This document shows, one piece after another, positions 58,449-64,000 of a stretch of DNA of 64,000 nt. The position numbers were made by a program, and so were the translations under genes. Under the pieces are notes generated by a model, which did not search any database, was not told the origin of the DNA, and saw nothing but the letters and a program-made list of their open reading frames with translations. Source of the DNA: Streptosporangiaceae bacterium (GTDB lineage Bacteria; Actinomycetota; Actinomycetes; Streptosporangiales; Streptosporangiaceae). The stretch spans positions 10,802 to 74,801 of the forward strand of contig DASQIW010000148.1 in the NCBI GenBank assembly GCA_035631375.1, written 5' to 3'. Position 1 is the stretch's first letter. Each line of letters begins with the position of its first letter.

Positions 58449-59114
58449 CTAGCTGGAAACGGGCGCTGCCTGGACGTCGGCGTCAAGACTGGTCTCGAAG
58501 GCCTGGCCGATGAGCTGCCCGAGGCGCCTCATGAGGCCCAGATCCCGAGCGGGCGGCAGGTACGGGCGCGGATAGTGCGTCGATAGCATGCCGACGAGCT
58601 GTCCGCTAGCGTCCACCAGCGGGGTCGAATTGACCGAACGGAACTTCGACGCAGCAGCGATCTCCCGGTGCGGAGCGAAGTCGGGGTCGGTGCTCACGTC
58701 GGTGATGACGGTCTGCGCATGCTGCGACGCTGCCCGCCCGCAAGCCGACCCGTCGTCGTCGACGACGGCGAAGTACTCCAGGAACTCGTCGCTAAAGCCT
58801 GTCTGCAGCACGAGTACCAGCGAGCCGGTGGCCGGGTCGACGATCTGGACATTTCCCCGGTCGGCGCGCAGCAGTGAGAGCGCTTCTTCGAGACCCTCTT
58901 CGAGCACTGAGAAGCCGATCGGCGGCAGGTGCTGTCCGCGGCCGTCTACCGACTGGACTGCATCTGCCAGGGCGGCATCGAAACTGTCTGGGAGCTGGCC
59001 TGATGCGTGCTGCGAATCGCCGTTCGTCCGCTGAGGGACGATGGGCATGGCTGTCGCCATCCCTGTGTCCGCTAGCAGTTGTACCGGCTCCGTTCGACCC
59101 TTCGGCCTCGCCAT
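58449..59114 (-). CDS. GAF domain-containing protein
   Basis: ...ALSLLRADRGNVQIVDPATGSLVLVLQTGFSDEFLEYF...FRSVNSTPLVDASGQLVGMLSTHY.... The start could be an internal ATG. Confidence 0.8.
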   Translation of the reverse strand: MARPKGRTEPVQLLADTGMATAMPIVPQRTNGDSQHASGQLPDSFDAALADAVQSVDGRGQHLPPIGFSVLEEGLEEALSLLRADRGNVQIVDPATGSLVLVLQTGFSDEFLEYFAVVDDDGSACGRAASQHAQTVITDVSTDPDFAPHREIAAASKFRSVNSTPLVDASGQLVGMLSTHYPRPYLPPARDLGLMRRLGQLIGQAFETSLDADVQAAPVSS

Positions 59115-59346
59115 GATGCCCCCCCGGGCTGCGCGGTCTTCTCAGTTTGCTAATACCAACGTAAACGCTGGTGCTAAATCATCCCGCTGCGGAAACTTTG
59201 ATCGCGAAAATAATTCAGCCACGTCGCGTTGCCCTCGATTTTATCGCTTTTCAATAATTAGGCATGTCTCGCTGTAAAGGTTTCTTATTCTCATTTCTTT
59301 CGGTCATTTCTTCCTGAAAGCGTCCAAGTACCGCGCAAGGTCACAG

Positions 59347-60150
59347 TCAGGGCTTCGTGTAGCCGTGAAGCAACTCCCTGACCCGAACCTCCGCCTGACC
59401 ACGCTCGGCTCCGGCCGCAGTCAGGACACGGGCTGCCAGGCTGTCCGGATCCCGGTAGAGCGCCAGCAGGATGTGCTCGGTCCCGACGTAGTTGTGGCCG
59501 AACTCCAGCGCGACCGCGACGGCGTTCACCAGCACAGTCCGCCCGGATTCGGACATCGGCAAGCGGCTGGCCGTCTGCGCGGCCGTGCCGGTGCCGGTGT
59601 CCGGGGCTCCGGATTGGGCGTCGGCTGCGCCGGCAGGGAGCATCGGCTCGTCCTGCGGCCCGGCCGCACGCGCCCACGCGGCGCGCAGGGCGCCCTCCAC
59701 CTGAGTGCGGCTCACCTGCAGGTCGGCCAGCACCTTGGCCGCGATAGCGTCCGGGTCGGCATAAAGGCCGAGCAGCAGGTGCCCCGTCTCGATCTGCCGG
59801 TGGCCGCTGGCCATGGCTGCTGCATTCGCGGCCGCCAGCAGGTTTCGCGCTCGCGGGGTGAAGTGCTCGAACGTCGGACGGTCGGTCGATTTTGCGAGCT
59901 GCTCGGCGAGCGGGCCAGCGAACCGCTTGTGCACGGCCTGCTTGGTCACGCCAAGGGCAGCGCTGATCTCCGACCACGACCGGCCCGCCCGGCGGCAGCG
60001 GTCAACGAAGTGGCCCAGCAGAGCGTCGGTGGTCTGCTCGAGGTCGGATGCTGTCGCCGAGGCGACGGCGAGCTGACCGATGGGGTCGTCGGTCTGGGCG
60101 TCCCGCCGGACCGTGTCGATGAGTTCCTGCAGCGTTGGTGGCGGCGTCAT
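59347..60150 (-). CDS. Clp N-terminal (Clp_N repeat) domain protein with N-terminal HTH
   Basis: HTH-like RSWSEISAALGVTKQAVHKRF, then two Clp_N repeats (...IETGHLLLGLYADPDAIAAKVL... and ...VGTEHILLALYRDPDSLAARVL...). Confidence 0.8.
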   Translation of the reverse strand: MTPPPTLQELIDTVRRDAQTDDPIGQLAVASATASDLEQTTDALLGHFVDRCRRAGRSWSEISAALGVTKQAVHKRFAGPLAEQLAKSTDRPTFEHFTPRARNLLAAANAAAMASGHRQIETGHLLLGLYADPDAIAAKVLADLQVSRTQVEGALRAAWARAAGPQDEPMLPAGAADAQSGAPDTGTGTAAQTASRLPMSESGRTVLVNAVAVALEFGHNYVGTEHILLALYRDPDSLAARVLTAAGAERGQAEVRVRELLHGYTKP

Positions 60151-60152
60151 GC

Positions 60153-60197
60153 GTCAACTCTAGGTTGACTACTCTCATTCGTCAACTTCTGGTTGAC
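60153..60197. promoter_or_regulatory. Two tandem 6-5-6 palindromes GTCAAC-N5-GTTGAC, 28 bp apart
   Basis: GTCAACTCTAGGTTGAC (60153-60169) and GTCAACTTCTGGTTGAC (60181-60197) fill the 73-bp divergent region between the Clp_N/HTH gene and the MFS gene. Confidence 0.65.
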
Positions 60198-60223
60198 CAA
60201 CTGTCAGGGGGATACTGGAGTCG

Positions 60224-61720
60224 GTGTCATCACACGAGCTGAGTCGCGCGCGCCGGGCGCTCATCCTGGCGATCTGCTGCACGAGCCTGTTCATCGTCGG
60301 GCTCGACACGACGATCGTCAACGTGGCGCTGCCGTCGATCGGGCGTGAGCTGCACGCTGGGGTATCCGGCCTTCAGTGGGTCATCGACGCCTACATCCTC
60401 GTCATGGCCAGCCTGCTCATGCTGTCCGGGTCGACCGCCGACCGGCTGGGCCGCCGCCGAACGTTCCAGGCAGGCCTGGCGGTGTTTGCTGTCGCGTCAC
60501 TGCTCTGCAGCCTGGCCCCTGGCCTCGGATGGCTCGTCGCGTTCCGGATGCTGCAGGGCGTCGGCGGCTCGATGCTCAATCCGGTGGCGCTGTCGATCGT
60601 CACCAACGTGTTCATCGAACGCCGCGAGCGTGCCAGGGCCATCGGCGTCTGGGGTGCCGTATTCGGGCTGAGCATGGCGCTCGGGCCGATCGCCGGCGGC
60701 GCGCTCGTGGAGACGGTCGGCTGGCGCGGCATCTTCTGGGTGAACGTCCCCGTCGGCGTCGCGGCCATCATCCTGACCGCTCTGTATGTGCCTGAGTCGA
60801 GGGCAGCACGGGCGAGGAGGCCCGACCCGGTCGGGCAGGCACTGGTGATCGCGGTGCTGTCGAGCCTGGTCTTCGCGCTCATCGAGGGACCGGGACGGGG
60901 CTGGACCGCCCCGGGGATCCTGGCCTGCTTTTCGATCGCAGTAACCGGTCTCGTCGGCCTCATCGGATACGAACGTCGCCGCGCTGAGCCGCTCATTGAC
61001 CTGCGCTTCTTCCGCAGTGCGCCGTTCTCTGGCGCGGTCGCGCTGGCTATCTGCGCATTCGCCGCCCTCGGCGGATTCCTTCTGGTGAATACCCTCTACC
61101 TGCAGGATGTCCGCGGCTACTCGCCGCTGCTGGCGGGGCTCTACGTCCTGCCGATGGCGGTGATGTCGGCAATCTTCCCGCCGGTGTCCGGCATGCTCGT
61201 CGGGCGTTTCGGCACGCGGCCGCCGCTGCTGATCGCCGGCATCTTCCTGACCGCGTCCGGCCTGCTACTCACGGGGCTCGCCAACGACACCTCGGCGGCC
61301 ATGCTCGTCGGCGCCTACGTGGTGTTCGGCATCGGATTCGGCTTCGTCAACCCCCCGATCACCAACAGCACGGTGTCCGGCATGCCACGGTCGCAAGCAG
61401 GGGTGGCGGCCGGAATCACGTCCACGAGCAGGCAAATCGGCTCGTCGCTCGGAGTGGCTGTCATCGGCTCGGCCACCATTTCCGAGCTGCACGGCCCGTT
61501 CCGAGCGGACTTCGCGACCGCGAGCCACGCAGGCTGGTGGATCCTGACGGCCTGCGGGGTAGCCGTGCTCGCGCTCGGCTTCCTGGTGAGCGGCGGCTGG
61601 GCACGGGGCACCGCCCGGCGGACCGCGCGCCTTCTCATGCCCGCGAGCGACGGCGACGCGCAGCCCGACGAACCGGACACCATCGGTGGTGACTCGGAGG
61701 ACCTTCAGACCGCCCGCTGA
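60224..61720 (+). CDS. MFS transporter, DHA2 (EmrB/QacA, 14-TM) family
   Basis: ...FIVGLDTTIVNVALPSI...ADRLGRRR.... 498 aa. Confidence 0.9.
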   Translation: MSSHELSRARRALILAICCTSLFIVGLDTTIVNVALPSIGRELHAGVSGLQWVIDAYILVMASLLMLSGSTADRLGRRRTFQAGLAVFAVASLLCSLAPGLGWLVAFRMLQGVGGSMLNPVALSIVTNVFIERRERARAIGVWGAVFGLSMALGPIAGGALVETVGWRGIFWVNVPVGVAAIILTALYVPESRAARARRPDPVGQALVIAVLSSLVFALIEGPGRGWTAPGILACFSIAVTGLVGLIGYERRRAEPLIDLRFFRSAPFSGAVALAICAFAALGGFLLVNTLYLQDVRGYSPLLAGLYVLPMAVMSAIFPPVSGMLVGRFGTRPPLLIAGIFLTASGLLLTGLANDTSAAMLVGAYVVFGIGFGFVNPPITNSTVSGMPRSQAGVAAGITSTSRQIGSSLGVAVIGSATISELHGPFRADFATASHAGWWILTACGVAVLALGFLVSGGWARGTARRTARLLMPASDGDAQPDEPDTIGGDSEDLQTAR

Positions 61721-61748
61721 GAGTGAGCCGCCCGGCCGTTCGGCCGGG

Positions 61749-62531
61749 TTAGCTCTCTCCCGGCGGTGCGGACGTCATGACCGCGAACGCCGCGCCCTGG
61801 TCGTCCGCCACAGCAGCCATCCGGCCGTACGGAGTGTCAAACGGCGGCGCGATGACCATGCCGCCCAGCTCGACGGCCTTCGCCACCGCCGCGTCGGTAT
61901 CCGTCACGGCGAAGTACGAGACCCAGCTCGCAGGCCTGGAGGCCGGCTGCTCGGGCCCGAGCCCGCCAATGCCCCCCACCGGTCCGCCCGCCAGGTCGAG
62001 CGTGGCGTACTCCATATCGCCGCCGCCGATGTCGGTGTAGTCGTAGCCGAACACCTCGTGGTAGAACGCCTTGTTGACCTCGAAGCTCCGGCTCATGTTC
62101 TCATTCCAGGCGAGCGAGCCCGGCTCGTTGGCCATGCCGACGCCGGTGTGCGCCCTGGCCTGCCAGACCCCGAACGCGGCCCCACCGGGGTCGCTGGCGA
62201 CGAACATCCGGCCGACGTCCATGACCTCGAACGGCTCCATCATGACCTGCCCGCCCGCGGCCGTGATCTTGGCAGCAGTGGCGTCGGCGTCGTCACTGGC
62301 TAGGTACGTCGTCCAGAAAGGCGGAGTGCCGGGGTTCATCTGCTGTCCGATCCCGGCCACTGCCCGGCCGTCGAGCATGCACATCGAATAACCGCCGGCT
62401 TCGGGCGGCCCCGCCTGGATATCCCAGCCGAACAGGCCGCGGTAAAACGCCGTCGCCTTGGCGACGTCGCCGACGCCGAGGTCGACCCAGCAGGGCGTCC
62501 CGGCCGGCCACGGAGTATCGCGAGTAACCAT
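61749..62531 (-). CDS. Two-domain VOC/glyoxalase family protein
   Basis: Start set at ATG 62531 behind GGAGGG (MVTRDTPWPAGTPCWVDL...). Duplicated ...A..FY..(L/V)FG(W/Y)D... modules. Confidence 0.85.
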   Translation of the reverse strand: MVTRDTPWPAGTPCWVDLGVGDVAKATAFYRGLFGWDIQAGPPEAGGYSMCMLDGRAVAGIGQQMNPGTPPFWTTYLASDDADATAAKITAAGGQVMMEPFEVMDVGRMFVASDPGGAAFGVWQARAHTGVGMANEPGSLAWNENMSRSFEVNKAFYHEVFGYDYTDIGGGDMEYATLDLAGGPVGGIGGLGPEQPASRPASWVSYFAVTDTDAAVAKAVELGGMVIAPPFDTPYGRMAAVADDQGAAFAVMTSAPPGES

Positions 62532-62656
62532 GGTTCCCTCCAAACCTTGCGCTGGCGCGCGAAGGTGGTCCCTGGCTCGATTGGCGAGGGCAGGGTACAG
62601 GCAGGGAACGGGGTCGTTCCACCCGGTTGCGCCGGCGCTCACGCGGCCGCCGTCGG

Positions 62657-62833
62657 CTAACCGGCAAAGCGGCATAACTCGCCCGCACTTCGCCGCCGCG
62701 CAGCCTGACCCGGCCTAGTCGGCGACCCGGTACTGCTCGCCGAGGCCGCCCACAGATAGCGTGCGCCGATCGAGGCGATCAGGACGCCGATGAGGCGGCG
62801 GATCACGGGGGTCTGGCCCGATCTGGCCGTCAC
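62657..62833 (-). CDS. Candidate 58-codon small membrane protein (below the ORF-track cut-off)
   Basis: Hand translation: VTARSGQTPVIRRLIGVLIASIGARYLWAASASS.... GTG 62833 sits 5 nt after SD GGGAGG. Third-position GC is about 90% over the first 33 codons and lower afterwards. One hydrophobic helix. Confidence 0.3.
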   Translation of the reverse strand: MTARSGQTPVIRRLIGVLIASIGARYLWAASASSTGSPTRPGQAARRRSAGELCRFAG

Positions 62834-62842
62834 GGTAGCCTC

Positions 62843-62858
62843 CCGTATCCGGATACGG
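62843..62858. promoter_or_regulatory. Perfect 16-bp palindrome CCGTATCCGGATACGG
   Basis: Read directly. Abuts the SD of the candidate small ORF on the minus strand and lies 55 bp upstream of the GH3 start on the plus strand. Confidence 0.5.
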
Positions 62859-62913
62859 TGTGAATCAGGGGGCTGGATCGCCGGAATCCGCCGGGTCCCT
62901 GGGAGGTAGCTGG

Positions 62914-64000
62914 TTGCATAGTGGCAGGTCAGCGGCCGAATATTCGCGCCGGGGCCGCTGGCGCACGCAGACTGGCCGCGCAGCGCTGGCCGGACTTGTC
63001 ATCGCTGCGCTCGGGCTCGGCGCCGGCTGCAGCTCAGCACGCCCGCCCGCGCACGCGTCGTCGCCGCGGCCCCCGGTGAGTCATTCCGCGTCGCCTTCAC
63101 CCAGCCCCAGCCCGACGCCCCCGCCGAGCGCTGCCGCGAAGGCTGCCGAGGCGGTACAGGGACCAGCCGCGACCGCGACTAGTGTCCAGCTGACCGACCT
63201 CAACCTTCAGGCCAACGAGATCGACAGCATGACGCCCGAGCAGATGGCAGGCCAGCGCGTCATCTATAGCTACAAGGGCCTGTCCCCGCCCCCGGACCTG
63301 CTGACGGCCATCGCGCATGGCGACGTTGGCGGCGTCATCTTCTTCGGGTCCAACATCGCGAGCCCGGCGCAGCTGCGCGGTGTTATCGCGCAGCTGAACT
63401 CCGCGAACGCCAGCCCGGACAACCCAGCGCACAACTACCCGCTGCTGCTCATGACCGATCAGGAGGGTGGCATGGTCAGAAGGCTGCCCTGGGCTGGGCC
63501 CAGCCAGTCTGAGGCGCAGGTCGGCGCGGCCGCGAACCCGGCCGCCGCGGCGTCCGCGGCGGGCAGCCAGTCCGCCTCGGGGCTGCACGCCGTCGGCATC
63601 AACGTGGACCTGGCGCCGGTACTGGACGTCTTTCGCCAGCGGGGCGACTTCGATGACCAGTTCCAGCGCTCCTACAGCATGAACCCGAACGTGGCGGCTG
63701 CGGCCGGCGCGGCGTTCGTCCGAGCTCAGCAGGCCGGCAGCGTCGCGGCGACCGTCAAGCACTTTCCTGGCCTCGGCGCGGCCGGCGCGGCGCAGAACAC
63801 CGATAACGGGCCCGTGACCATCACGCTGCCGGCCGCCACGCTGCGCTCGGTCGACGAGGCGCCCTATCGGCCGGCGATCAGGTCGGGCGTGCAGCTGGCC
63901 ATGGCGTCCTGGGCGAAGTACCCGGCGCTGGACCCGCGGCTGCCGGCCGGGCTATCGCCGACGATCATCCAGGGTGACCTGCAGGGCCGGCTCGGCTTCG
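62914..64000 (+). CDS. Glycoside hydrolase family 3 lipoprotein (NagZ/beta-N-acetylhexosaminidase-like), 3'-truncated by the window edge
   Basis: Open frame to the window end, so absent from the ORF track. TTG 62914 behind GGGAGG. Lipobox LGLGAGC; GH3 motifs ...LLLMTDQEGGMVRRL..., ...GINVDLAPVLDV..., ...VKHFPGLG.... Start uncertain. Confidence 0.85.
   Translation, partial: MHSGRSAAEYSRRGRWRTQTGRAALAGLVIAALGLGAGCSSARPPAHASSPRPPVSHSASPSPSPSPTPPPSAAAKAAEAVQGPAATATSVQLTDLNLQANEIDSMTPEQMAGQRVIYSYKGLSPPPDLLTAIAHGDVGGVIFFGSNIASPAQLRGVIAQLNSANASPDNPAHNYPLLLMTDQEGGMVRRLPWAGPSQSEAQVGAAANPAAAASAAGSQSASGLHAVGINVDLAPVLDVFRQRGDFDDQFQRSYSMNPNVAAAAGAAFVRAQQAGSVAATVKHFPGLGAAGAAQNTDNGPVTITLPAATLRSVDEAPYRPAIRSGVQLAMASWAKYPALDPRLPAGLSPTIIQGDLQGRLGF

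Overview
High-GC (about 70% by eye) actinobacterial chromosomal segment with about 65 tightly packed protein genes on both strands. I recognised no rRNA, tRNA, CRISPR array, transposase or integrase. Many long ORFs in the track are antisense or out-of-frame artefacts of the GC bias, and I re-set several starts to internal ATG/GTG codons with Shine-Dalgarno support. The clearest module is a mycofactocin (mft) cofactor locus at 12548-18782: mftR, then mftA (a 48-codon ORF ending IDGMCGVY, below the ORF-track size cut-off), mftB, mftC, an embedded mycofactocin-type SDR, mftF and mftD. No mftE was seen anywhere in the window. The rest is methionine and one-carbon genes (metH, metF-like, a MetE C-terminal-like gene, a cystathionine lyase-like gene), four ABC exporter pairs, a two-component system, a sigma/YciI pair, LigC, F420-type enzymes, several SAM methyltransferases, and TetR/AraC/MarR regulators with visible operator palindromes. 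The most unusual signal is the 755-bp gene-free interval 37017-37771. Read against itself, it is two tandem, diverged copies of a ~250-330-nt element with at least 12 collinear conserved blocks. Each copy has a promoter-like CTTGCGC-N17/18-TAGAAAT, GNRA-capped hairpins, and a terminal 15-bp hairpin with an identical CTCATAC loop whose stems differ by six compensated base-pair changes. I could not assign it to a known RNA family by eye and treat it as a candidate undescribed paralogous sRNA pair or tandem leader. Second in interest is an IspH/LytB-like paralogue (52074-53333) that keeps the three Fe-S cysteines but appears to have lost the HMBPP-binding and catalytic residues. All functional calls come from motif recognition by eye; no searches were run.
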